A DNA stretch of 64,000 nt from Candidatus Sumerlaeaceae bacterium (GTDB lineage Bacteria; Sumerlaeota; Sumerlaeia; Sumerlaeales; Sumerlaeaceae): the NCBI GenBank assembly GCA_051003195.1, contig JBPCLP010000020.1, forward strand, positions 64,001-128,000, given 5' to 3'. Numbering within the stretch: position 1 is the stretch's first letter; every line of letters begins with the position of its first letter. The translations under genes were made by a program, and so were the position numbers. Positions 37,431 through 46,552 of this stretch are shown piece by piece. Below the pieces are notes generated by a model. The model ran no database searches, was not told the origin of the DNA, and saw nothing but the letters and a program-made list of their open reading frames with translations.

Positions 37431-38195
37431 CTAATGTACATCCAGCAGGTACTGCAGTGTTGGCGTGAGTCGCTTGCGTGTTTCAGGCAGCAGGTACTGT
37501 CGCTGGTTTGTCTGCTGAGCTTGATTGCGGCGCACGAAATAGCAATGCGTGGCGCGACGAGGGTCGGCCGTCGTATTCAGAGTTCCGCCATGCCACGTGT
37601 GTGCGTTGAAGACGATCACGGTACCGGCCGGGGCGATCACCTTTATCTCATCCGGGTGCGGATCGGTTTCGTTCTGCATGACATCCTTTGGAATTTTGCC
37701 GCTCCGATGCGTGCCGGGAACGATCCGCGTGGCGCCATTATGTTCGGTGAAGTCATTAACCAGCCAAACGGAGTTAGCTGCCTGATAATTTCCAGCATTG
37801 ACGCTGCCGTCAAAGTCTGCGTGCAATCCCTGGTGGCCTTTACCCGGGAGTGCCGCACGGCTATTGAGCGATGACAGCTTCATATCTCCCTCGAGAATGT
37901 GCGCGATTGCTGCGAGCACTTTCGGCGTGGTGTAGCAAACCTGGAACATGGAATCCTTGTTGATCAGGTCGCCCAGCAAACTAGTGCCTTCTTCCCGGCC
38001 CACTTCGCCCCCGGTGCCGGTGCGCACCTCTTCTTCGGCAATTTCGTCCAGCCTTCGAGCGAAAGCGGTGAGCTGGTCCGGGTTTAACACATTGGGAATT
38101 AAGAGGAATCCCTGCCGATCAAGCTGCTGTTTTTCTTCGTCGCTGAGCAGACCATCGTGTACGCCGAGTTCCGCCAGCATCTGTTTGCAATCCAT
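37431..38195 (-). CDS. Phytanoyl-CoA dioxygenase-family (2OG-Fe(II)) protein
   Basis: QGLHAD (HxD), NGATRIVPGTH, WHGG..N...RR. Confidence 0.9.
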   Translation of the reverse strand: MDCKQMLAELGVHDGLLSDEEKQQLDRQGFLLIPNVLNPDQLTAFARRLDEIAEEEVRTGTGGEVGREEGTSLLGDLINKDSMFQVCYTTPKVLAAIAHILEGDMKLSSLNSRAALPGKGHQGLHADFDGSVNAGNYQAANSVWLVNDFTEHNGATRIVPGTHRSGKIPKDVMQNETDPHPDEIKVIAPAGTVIVFNAHTWHGGTLNTTADPRRATHCYFVRRNQAQQTNQRQYLLPETRKRLTPTLQYLLDVH

Positions 38196-38265
38196 GTTCG
38201 TGTTCTCCCGCGGATTTGAGTGACCTCAAACCTCGCCGTTGAACACGGTCAAGTGCGAGAAACGA

Positions 38266-40413
38266 TTACTCCAGCAGGGCCCAGTCCGGCTGCGCGGCCG
38301 CGGTGCAAACAAAGGCTGATCCAATCTTGAAGTTTTCAATTTCCCAGCCACCACTTGCCACAGCGATGTCGCTACAGAAACGGAAGCGGATCTGCGCGCC
38401 TGCAGGTATTCCGGAGTAGTCGACCACGACCTTGTGCATGGAGCCGAATGTGCCGGCGGTCCATGCCGGCGAGCCTGCGAGTGCATTTTGCGAAAGGGTG
38501 CTTAGGACTCCCGTATAACCCCCGTACAGGATGCGGCTGCCCATGTCTGTCCAGTTGCCCGTCGGAGTGGTGCGGTATTCCAATACACCGCCGTCGTAGT
38601 TTGGAGACTCGAAGTTGTATGTGTGATAAAAGCTTAGAAATGGACCGGTCGGGAGGGGAGGACTGGCGAGTGAAGCGTCGCTCTTAAAAGAGGTTCCGGG
38701 AGTGTACGTGAAAGCCGTCGCGCCGCTCACGGCTCGAGGCGTCGTTCGGACCATCCAATTATCCGATCCAGTGGATGATGCATGTGTCCATCCAGCTGCC
38801 GCAGGGTCAAACTGATCAAGGAAAGCGACGGATTCGGCAAGGGTTCGCGTCGTGAAGCAGTCCGTTCCGTTACCTGCCACAGCTATGTTTCCGGCTTCGT
38901 CTTCCGCCACGAGGCGGTAATAGTTGGAGGTGCATGGCTGAAGCAGGTTCGCTTCCACGGAGAAGGTCGTACCGAGTTGCTGGGTTGAAAGGCTGACTGC
39001 TCCTGCACAACTGTAGCCCCGCTGAAGCGTCGCCGTTGCCGGCTCGTCGGTCTGGAAGTTGAGTGCAAACGCATCCGGTTGAAACATGGAGGTGGTGATT
39101 CCGGAAATGACAGGCGCGGTGCAGTCGACCAGGGCGGTTGACGTGAAGGTAGCTGGTGTGGCGGCACCGGCATCTGTGTCGTTGTACGTCAGTGTGAGGG
39201 TGTCCCCGCAGCGAACTTCCAGGATGCCATTGGAAGGTGTAACCGGCGCCACTACGGAGCTCAGTGCGATAGACCCGCGGTACGTATTGTCATTGTCGGG
39301 GTCGATTGCATTGGCGGACTCGGTATCGCCAGAGCTGCTGGAGAGCGTTAGCGGGAGGGTAGCCGGCACCAGGTTATCATCGACGACGTGGAATGCCGCA
39401 GTCGAGGAAGGCCTGTATTTGACCTGGTCGAAGGCAGCACCGGTGACGAATTGCGCAAACGTGCGGGTTTTGCTCGCTTCTTCACCGCCGGGATCATCTG
39501 GCATCACGATACTCGTGAAGCACGACGGTCCCACGTTAAAATCACCCAGACCCCGTACAAGAATTCCTTCAACAACGCCGCTCGCCGCGTTGAAGACCGG
39601 AGATCCGGAGTTTCCTCCGTAGGCATCGAGGTTGGCCGAGAAAAAGCTAACTGCCGAGCTGTCGGAAACGCGGGTCGTGGCACCGAATGCGATCTTCAGC
39701 GGTAATCCGCTGGGATGGCCTGTCACCCCGACATTTACGCCCTTCATAATGGTCCCCGTGCGACGCAGGGGCAGCGGCACGGCGCCTGGAGATACAATCT
39801 TACGATCGACGCGGATAATGGAATAGTCGTATTCATTGTTGAACACCTGCGTAACGACTGCGACCCCGCTGTAAACCTGGTTGGCAGTGACGGTGGTGAC
39901 GGGCGATGACACTCCATTCATTTGAAAACCAAACACAAAACGTACCGAGGAAATATCGCTGGCATCGTAGCAATGGCCGGCCGTTGCGATCAAATCATGG
40001 CCCACCATAAAGCCGGTGCAGAACATGGCGGCTGGCTGGCTTCCATAAGGTTCGCCCGAGCAGGCCGGCTTTCCACTGACAGTATATGCGACGGTGCTGA
40101 ACGTAAACGTTCCGTTGCCATTGTCGGTCAGGTTGCCGGTGCCGAGCAATCCACACGTGGAGGCCGCAAGCTGAAGCCGTTGCGGATTCGTTTCCTGGTA
40201 TATGTCGTGGCGGTCATCCGGGCCGTAGATGACGTGTGGTCTGACGTTTTCGGCCGGAGCCATGGCGGGTTGAGTCCACGGCTGTTCGCCTAGAATTGTG
40301 CGACCGGCTTTCGTAGCTTCCTGTTGAGCAGAGGCGGGCGCAACGACACACGCAATCGCCAGAAGCAAAAGACCGGTACACCTTGCGCTGACCGCAACCG
40401 ATTTAATACGCAA
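38266..40413 (-). CDS. Secreted trypsin-like serine protease with C-terminal beta domains and TAA..W.LL motif
   Basis: Signal peptide. Catalytic triad TAGHC / DYSII / GGNSGSPV. Ends CTAAAQPDWALLE. Confidence 0.88.
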   Translation of the reverse strand: MRIKSVAVSARCTGLLLLAIACVVAPASAQQEATKAGRTILGEQPWTQPAMAPAENVRPHVIYGPDDRHDIYQETNPQRLQLAASTCGLLGTGNLTDNGNGTFTFSTVAYTVSGKPACSGEPYGSQPAAMFCTGFMVGHDLIATAGHCYDASDISSVRFVFGFQMNGVSSPVTTVTANQVYSGVAVVTQVFNNEYDYSIIRVDRKIVSPGAVPLPLRRTGTIMKGVNVGVTGHPSGLPLKIAFGATTRVSDSSAVSFFSANLDAYGGNSGSPVFNAASGVVEGILVRGLGDFNVGPSCFTSIVMPDDPGGEEASKTRTFAQFVTGAAFDQVKYRPSSTAAFHVVDDNLVPATLPLTLSSSSGDTESANAIDPDNDNTYRGSIALSSVVAPVTPSNGILEVRCGDTLTLTYNDTDAGAATPATFTSTALVDCTAPVISGITTSMFQPDAFALNFQTDEPATATLQRGYSCAGAVSLSTQQLGTTFSVEANLLQPCTSNYYRLVAEDEAGNIAVAGNGTDCFTTRTLAESVAFLDQFDPAAAGWTHASSTGSDNWMVRTTPRAVSGATAFTYTPGTSFKSDASLASPPLPTGPFLSFYHTYNFESPNYDGGVLEYRTTPTGNWTDMGSRILYGGYTGVLSTLSQNALAGSPAWTAGTFGSMHKVVVDYSGIPAGAQIRFRFCSDIAVASGGWEIENFKIGSAFVCTAAAQPDWALLE

Positions 40414-40612
40414 AATACCTCACTCCAGTGTGCCGTCCCAGATGTTCATGGCTATACTTCAGGAAGCTTTCGAGCTCGGACGGCACACAAAACCAGTGAA
40501 CGAATTAATGGGACACTACTCCAGATTACAGATATAACAACACGGCGAATCGTGTGCCCGAATGCCACCAGGACGGTACGAATAGCGACGCTGGACAGCT
40601 TCCTGCAACGCG

Positions 40613-42298
40613 CTATGTGCGGCCACCGCTTTTCAGGTTTGCGGCGAGCCTTTCACCGAGCCGCTCCAGGGCTGGGCTATGGTCGAGCTTATCAAGCAAC
40701 ACATTCAGGATCGAGAACTCCCGGGAAGCAAGCGCGGCCTTCCATGCCGTTTCGAATTCACCTTCTGTGGCGACGATGTGGCCGCTGCCCGCGCCAAGCA
40801 CCTGCGGAAGTTCCTGGTAATTCCATTCGTGGATGTCATTATAGGGACCTTCCCTGATAAATCGCTCCGTGGTATAGCCATGGTTGTTGAGCACGATGAC
40901 AATTGGGTTCAGGTGGTGGCGCGCGATTGTCGAAAGCTCCATACCCGTCATCTGAAAAGCGCCATCTCCGACCAATATGATCGGACGTAATCGCGGGTTG
41001 GCGAACTGAGCACCCAGGGCAGCCGGAACTGCGAAGCCCATGCTGGTATAGTAGGCTGGTGAAAGAAACTCCGTGTTGCGATGAATGACGAGATCCACTG
41101 AGCCGAATAGTGAATCGCCTACGTCACTGATGACGACCATTTCTTCAGTAAGCAGCGAGTTCAATCGTTCGAACAGCCGGGCAATGGTCATTTTCGCAGC
41201 TGGCTTTATCTTCAGCGCACGGGTGTGCGGTTTTTTCGGCGCAGTTTTGCGGCGTTTAAGGGGAGCGGCTGCAAGCGCCACCAGGAAATCCTGCAACCTG
41301 ACGTCTGCGAACGCGTGATGGCGTATCTGCACGCGTTCGCTCGTTGCCTCAATGACGCGAGCGCGGTCGAGCTGCGCGGTAAAAATGCCGAGATTTATAT
41401 CGGTCAGAAAGGTTCCGAGCATCAACAGGCAGTCCGAACCCTCGACAGCCCGTGTGACTTCGGGACGTCCCATGGCACCTTCATAAACGCCAAGATAGCT
41501 GGGGTGCAGCTCGCTGATGACCGACTTGCCCAGAATGGTGGCCGCGATTGGATAGCCGCTTACCTGCAGCAGGTTCAAAAGCTGCGGCTGAAGGTTGAAA
41601 CGGTGGATCTCCACGTCGGCCAGAATGACCGGTTTTTTGGCGCGATTCAGCAGATCCGTGGCTTCTGCAATGGCCTCAGACAAGGCGTCGGAGTCGCTCA
41701 CATCTGCTATCGGCTTTCTGCGCCGAGGTGCAACCGAAGGTCGAACATCGACCATGTCGCGCGGCAACTCAACGTAAACGGGTCGTTTTTGTGTCCAACA
41801 CGCCTGCAGCACGCGATCGATTTCCGAGTACGCCGTAACCGGATCGTCCAGCACGGTGGCTGCGCAGGTGATCTTCTCAAAGATTTCCTTCTGCGTAGTG
41901 AAAGTTCGCACCTTATGATGGAGCAGCGGATCGCGATGACGTTCCCGTAATCCGGGCGAGCCGGTAAGCATCACCACCGGCGATTTTTCTGCATATGCGC
42001 CTGCGATGGCATTTGCTACGTTGAGCCCGCCCACGCAGTAGGTGACGCATAGCGCTCCAATGCCCCGTACGCGCGCGTACGCATCGGCAGCAAAGCCGGC
42101 GCTCGCCTCTGTCGTCGTGCCGATTACCCGGATTGGGCTCTTTTGCAACATGTCGTAAAAGCCGAGCACGTAATCGCCGGGGATACCGAACACATGCCCA
42201 ATGCGATAATCCCGCAGCCGCCGGATCAGATACTCACCAATGGATGGATTCGCCTGGTGTTTTTTTGAAGAGCTTCGCTTGGGAACATCAGCCGACAT
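40613..42298 (-). CDS. TPP-dependent 2-oxoacid (indolepyruvate/pyruvate) decarboxylase
   Basis: VFGIPGDY, ADAYAR, SMGFAVPAA, GDGAFQMTG...LNNHGY. Confidence 0.92.
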   Translation of the reverse strand: MSADVPKRSSSKKHQANPSIGEYLIRRLRDYRIGHVFGIPGDYVLGFYDMLQKSPIRVIGTTTEASAGFAADAYARVRGIGALCVTYCVGGLNVANAIAGAYAEKSPVVMLTGSPGLRERHRDPLLHHKVRTFTTQKEIFEKITCAATVLDDPVTAYSEIDRVLQACWTQKRPVYVELPRDMVDVRPSVAPRRRKPIADVSDSDALSEAIAEATDLLNRAKKPVILADVEIHRFNLQPQLLNLLQVSGYPIAATILGKSVISELHPSYLGVYEGAMGRPEVTRAVEGSDCLLMLGTFLTDINLGIFTAQLDRARVIEATSERVQIRHHAFADVRLQDFLVALAAAPLKRRKTAPKKPHTRALKIKPAAKMTIARLFERLNSLLTEEMVVISDVGDSLFGSVDLVIHRNTEFLSPAYYTSMGFAVPAALGAQFANPRLRPIILVGDGAFQMTGMELSTIARHHLNPIVIVLNNHGYTTERFIREGPYNDIHEWNYQELPQVLGAGSGHIVATEGEFETAWKAALASREFSILNVLLDKLDHSPALERLGERLAANLKSGGRT

Positions 42299-42318
42299 GC
42301 TGTGCGCAATGCTCGCAG

Positions 42319-42918
42319 TTAGATGCGAGCGGAAGACGGCTCGTTCAGCCGTGAAATGACCGCATTGCAAACAGCCTTGAAAGTCTCAGCAACTCCGCTA
42401 CCGTCGATCGCGACTGCTTCCACGTACCGGCTTCCCTTGTCGTTGAGAGCGTCGTTGAGCTGCTGCACGCTGCAGATGCTGGGGAGATCGCGTTTGTTAA
42501 ACTGCAGAACGACCGGAGTGGTTTCATAGTCGTAGCCATGCTCCAGCAGCAGTGCCTTGAGATCCGCGAGACTCGTAATGTTGTCCTGCAGCCGGGAGGC
42601 GTCGGAGTCTGCAACAAACACAATTCCATCAACGCCCTGCAAGACCGCCTTCCGCGTGGCCTTATAGTAATCCTGGCCAGGAACGGCATAGCATAGGAAC
42701 TTGGTCTGCATGCCTTTGATGCGGGCAAGGTTTACCGAAAAATAATCGAAGAAGAGTGTGCGTTCATCGTCAGTGTCGATGATCTGAAGCTCGCTCCGAT
42801 GTTGTGCGGGTAGCTGGTCGTGAAGGGACTTTATGTTCGTTGTTTTGCCGCCGAGGCTTGGACCGCAATAGACAATCTTGCAGTTAATCTCGCGCGATTT
42901 TATGTTAAACATGGGCAT
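42319..42918 (-). CDS. mglA: MglA-family small GTPase
   Basis: REINCKIVYCGPSLGGKTTN, ERTLFFD, YAVPGQ, VDGIVFVADS, QFNKRD. Confidence 0.9.
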   Translation of the reverse strand: MPMFNIKSREINCKIVYCGPSLGGKTTNIKSLHDQLPAQHRSELQIIDTDDERTLFFDYFSVNLARIKGMQTKFLCYAVPGQDYYKATRKAVLQGVDGIVFVADSDASRLQDNITSLADLKALLLEHGYDYETTPVVLQFNKRDLPSICSVQQLNDALNDKGSRYVEAVAIDGSGVAETFKAVCNAVISRLNEPSSARI

Positions 42919-43021
42919 GGTTGGCTTGCAGGTAAGCGCGAGTGGATACGGCTTTCTGCCGCAGGGTGTCAAAGAGAATAGGCGGAGACTGTCAGAAGCG
43001 TGCGAGTCTTGCCATCCAGGG

Positions 43022-44385
43022 CTATAGCCCGCTGGGATACGTGTCCGGCAGTTCTCCCCGTTCCCAGCCAGCAGTGCGATCCAGGGGTTCCACTGCGGTG
43101 GTGTCGTCGAAATGAATCAGCGCATCGAACTGTCGTGCGGCATCGGCGTAGAAGTAATGGCTGTGACGCTCGCTTTGCGGCCGATAAATAACCCCTATAG
43201 CACGCTCAAGCAGCCGCTCTGGAACCGCGTCCGCGACTTCAGGCTGGCGCAGGTTTAACAGAAATCGCGGGGAGCCTGCGGCATGCATGAGCGCTTCCAC
43301 GCTGCCCTCCATGGAGGGCCGGACTCTTTTACACTGAGCCGGCTCGTCCCAGTTTGTGGCAGCAGTCACGGTGCCGGTATGGGTGCTGAAGCCGACGAGC
43401 ACGGCATCATCGGGGTGGCGCTGCCGGGCGAGCTGGCCGACATTGAGTTCGCCATCTTCGCCCATTTCGGTAAAGCGGGCATCACCCAGGTGTGAGTTGT
43501 GCGCCCAGACGACCACCTTGCCTGCGAGCCCCTGTGATACCAGGTGGCGCATGAGCGAATCCAGGGTGTCCGCCATATGCGTATCGCGCAGATTCCACGT
43601 AGATTGCCGCCCCCCGAACATGCTGCGATAATACTGCTCGGCATCCTTGACGAGCCGCGCGTTCATCTCTGCGTCAAAGAAGTCATCCTCAGCAACCCTG
43701 CCATCACGCCGCGCGTAATCGTAGGACTGACGACGCAGTTCCAGAAGCTGCTCGATAACTTCGTCTTCACAGGAAGGCTTTACTTCAAATGCAACTGCCT
43801 GGCCGTAGACCTGCGGATCGCGGAACTTTCGAAGCAGGAGTAGCGCTCGCGAGCGCGCGTAGCTGCGCCCGGGTCGACGCGATCCAGGTAACTAAGAACC
43901 GCATGAACGGAGCTGTGCAGACTGTACAGATCAAGCCCATAGAATCCAACATGCGAGCCAGGCGTGCCGAGCGAGTCATTATGCGCTCGCAGTCGCCCGA
44001 TGAACTCTCGGACGGATGTATTACGCCACATCCACAGGGGGAATCGCTGAAAATCAGAAAGTGCTGAGCCTGCCGTAAGATCGTGTCCGCGGCCACGGAC
44101 ATAGCAATTCACCCGGTGCGCATCCGGCCAATCTGCCTCGACTGCGACCGCGTTGAAGCCTTTCTCGCGCAGGAGCCGCATGGTAATGTCGGCACGTGCC
44201 TGGTAGAACTCGTGCGTTCCATGCGACGCTTCACCCAGCAACACCAGGCGCGCTTCGCCGATCTGCTCGAGCAGCGGGTCGTAATCGGCTGCGGCGCCAG
44301 TCAGGGGGTGAAGAGCAGCTCGGATCGATTCAACTGAAGCGCTGGTCGGTGGCTGAGCTTTCGGCTGCCCGGAGATGCCGAACAT
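43022..44385 (-). pseudogene. Erythromycin-esterase-family protein split by a 1-nt frameshift near 43828
   Basis: The N-half has GEASHGTHEFY, VEADWPD and YGLDLYS. The C-half has WNLRDTHM, WAHNSH, ERAIGVIY and PDTYPSGL. Adding one A in TTC GAA AGT TCC restores ...CFEKFRDPQVYG. Confidence 0.85.
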
Positions 44386-44386
44386 G

Positions 44387-44503
44387 TCAGTTGCAGCCGC
44401 GCAGCAGGAATATCGCAAACAACACTGGAATGGGGATGCCGAGCACCCAAAGCAGGATATATCCCAACTTGCCTTCTTGCAGCTTACGCGGTTTCCATAA
44501 CAC
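44387..44503 (-). CDS. Small membrane peptide (~38 aa)
   Basis: From a GTG start: MLWKPRKLQEGKLGYILLWVLGIPIPVLFAIFLLRGCN. Its stop lies 1 nt before the next gene's ATG. Start uncertain. Confidence 0.6.
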   Translation of the reverse strand: MLWKPRKLQEGKLGYILLWVLGIPIPVLFAIFLLRGCN

Positions 44504-44586
44504 TTCCGCATCACCGCCCTTCAGGTCAGATAGGCACGAAGGGAGCATTTGCCATGCCGGTGAAACGGTGGTACCCAGGCTGCGGG

Positions 44587-45066
44587 TTAGAGAGGTTCCA
44601 AGTCCTGATCGTAGACGTTGGTTCGCGCATCTTTGAGTGCAATGATTACGGTGCCGATCATCTGCAGCGTGACAGCAATGCTGATCCATGTGGCCATCAG
44701 CAAAATTGTTCCGCGGTAAGGATAAGGGTACGCCTCCTGCGCTGCGTCATTGAACATCCGCCCAAGCCCCTGCTGATCCCAAAGAAAATAAACGGCAATG
44801 GTCGCGAGGAACGCGTTTAGCGCAAACATGCGCAGTTGGCCCGCTCCGCTGTCCATGGATTCCGAGCGTTCGCGGCGAATGACCAGGTAAACAACGATCA
44901 TGATAAACGCGGTAAGATAGACGAGGCTTATTGTATTAAAGGCCAGGCGGCTGTCGCCCGATGTGTGGTCGAACAGCCATTCGAGGAAACTCCGGAGAAA
45001 GGCAACCAGGCACAGGACTCCCAGCCCTACGAGAATACGCCGGACGGCCTGTGGCCACGGATTCAC
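44587..45066 (-). CDS. Hypothetical membrane protein with four TM segments
   Basis: Four hydrophobic segments in the translation. The GTG start is uncertain. Confidence 0.7.
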   Translation of the reverse strand: MNPWPQAVRRILVGLGVLCLVAFLRSFLEWLFDHTSGDSRLAFNTISLVYLTAFIMIVVYLVIRRERSESMDSGAGQLRMFALNAFLATIAVYFLWDQQGLGRMFNDAAQEAYPYPYRGTILLMATWISIAVTLQMIGTVIIALKDARTNVYDQDLEPL

Positions 45067-45192
45067 TATAATGCGCTTGGAGCGAGCCGGTACGTGGTAC
45101 ATGGGAGGGCAGCATGAATGCCGCTTTTCACGATCGTCAAGCATGACGCGCCGCTTGTGCAGCAAATACCGCATAGCGTGTACATAGAGCCA

Positions 45193-45987
45193 ATGAGCGG
45201 TAAAGTATTGGAAGCGGCTGCGGAACTGGTACGCCTGGGCAGACGAGGCGCGATGATCACTATCGTGGAGACGGTGGGTTCGACTCCGCGCAAAGCCGGG
45301 GCGAAAATGCTGGTGGACGATTCAGGTTCAATCACAGGTACTGTGGGCGGTGGCTGCGTCGAGGCGGATTTATACGCGCTTGCACGCCAGGTGATGCGAA
45401 CGGGCAGGGTTGAGGTGCGCGAGGTAGACCTGACTGCCAGGAGCCAGGATGATAACGACATGTTATGCGGAGGTAAACTGAAAGCGTTGATTGAACCCGT
45501 GGGGACAGAGGAGAAGTTAATCATTTTCGGTGGCGGGCACATCTCGAAGGCGCTGGTCGAGTTGTGTCAGGCGCTCGACTTCGAGATTACCGTGACAGAC
45601 GACCGCGAGCAGTTCGCGAATGCGGAGCGGTTTCCCACGGTTCAAAATCGGCTGGCGATGCCTTTCGAAGAACAGTTCCAGAGCCTTGCAGTAGATCCGA
45701 ATACGAGTATCGTGATTGTAACGCGCGGGCACAGCTACGATGAGTTCTGCATGCAGCAGGCACTGCGCACTTCAGCCAAATACATTGGACTGGTTGGAAG
45801 CCGCACCAAGGTTGCGGTGTTCCGAAGTCACTTGAGGGAGAAGGGCTTCAACGATGCGGAGATCGCCCGCGTGGAATGCCCCTGTGGAGTCGACATTGGT
45901 GCGGAGACTCCTGAAGAAATTGCTGTTTCCATAGCCGCCCGGCTGATCCAGGTACGGCGCGCAATGGGCCTCTCGCAGAGCACCTGA
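45193..45987 (+). CDS. xdhC: XdhC/CoxI-family molybdoenzyme accessory protein
   Basis: GSTPRKAGAKM, GTVGGGCVE, CGG, FGGGH, VTRGH..D, YIGLVGSR, GAETPEEIAVSI. Confidence 0.92.
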   Translation: MSGKVLEAAAELVRLGRRGAMITIVETVGSTPRKAGAKMLVDDSGSITGTVGGGCVEADLYALARQVMRTGRVEVREVDLTARSQDDNDMLCGGKLKALIEPVGTEEKLIIFGGGHISKALVELCQALDFEITVTDDREQFANAERFPTVQNRLAMPFEEQFQSLAVDPNTSIVIVTRGHSYDEFCMQQALRTSAKYIGLVGSRTKVAVFRSHLREKGFNDAEIARVECPCGVDIGAETPEEIAVSIAARLIQVRRAMGLSQST

Positions 45988-45991
45988 TATT

Positions 45992-46360
45992 TCAGGCCAG
46001 CGGCGGATCGGGAGTTCTCGCAGGTGTCGGGATGGGTGTGGGACCGGGATCGGGCGTCACCGTTGGGAGTGGGGGCTGAGGCGTAGCGGTTGGGCTGGGT
46101 GAAGGTAGCGGCGTCGGCGAAGGAGAAGGTGTCTGCGTAGGCGCGGGCGTGATCGTGGGTTCCGGCGTAGCGGTTGGCTCCGGTGGTACGGTAGGTTCTG
46201 GTGTGACTGTAGGTTCAGGCGTTGGAACGGGCCCGGGCGAGGGCGTTGCGGCTACAGCAGCAGCTTGCCCTTTTGAGTGGGAGTAGCGCGGATGCACCAG
46301 CAATAAACCTGCGATAAGCGTCATGAATACCAGGCAAGCCAACGCCGCTGAACGAACCAT
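45992..46360 (-). CDS. Signal-anchored Pro/Thr-rich low-complexity protein
   Basis: Hydrophobic N-terminus followed by PEPT.T and PSP/TP repeats to the C-terminus. Confidence 0.7.
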   Translation of the reverse strand: MVRSAALACLVFMTLIAGLLLVHPRYSHSKGQAAAVAATPSPGPVPTPEPTVTPEPTVPPEPTATPEPTITPAPTQTPSPSPTPLPSPSPTATPQPPLPTVTPDPGPTPIPTPARTPDPPLA

Positions 46361-46552
46361 CTTGCACCTCCTGCGAAATGAATCGCTCGCGTAAGTAATG
46401 CCAGTTGGACGAATTTGTTTCTTTGTCAACTTACAGGTCCCGACTAATGTCTAATGGTTGAATCGACGTAGCTTGCCTCGGCGTTGGCTGGGCCGGTACG
46501 ATAGAAGCACCAGGCTTGTAGCACCTTCAAATGCGAACCCGGGAGGTAAGCA

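Noticed and set aside
43022..44385. Macrolide resistance gene
   Set aside because: The erythromycin-esterase family is broad and mostly uncharacterised, the gene is frameshifted, and there is no mobile context.
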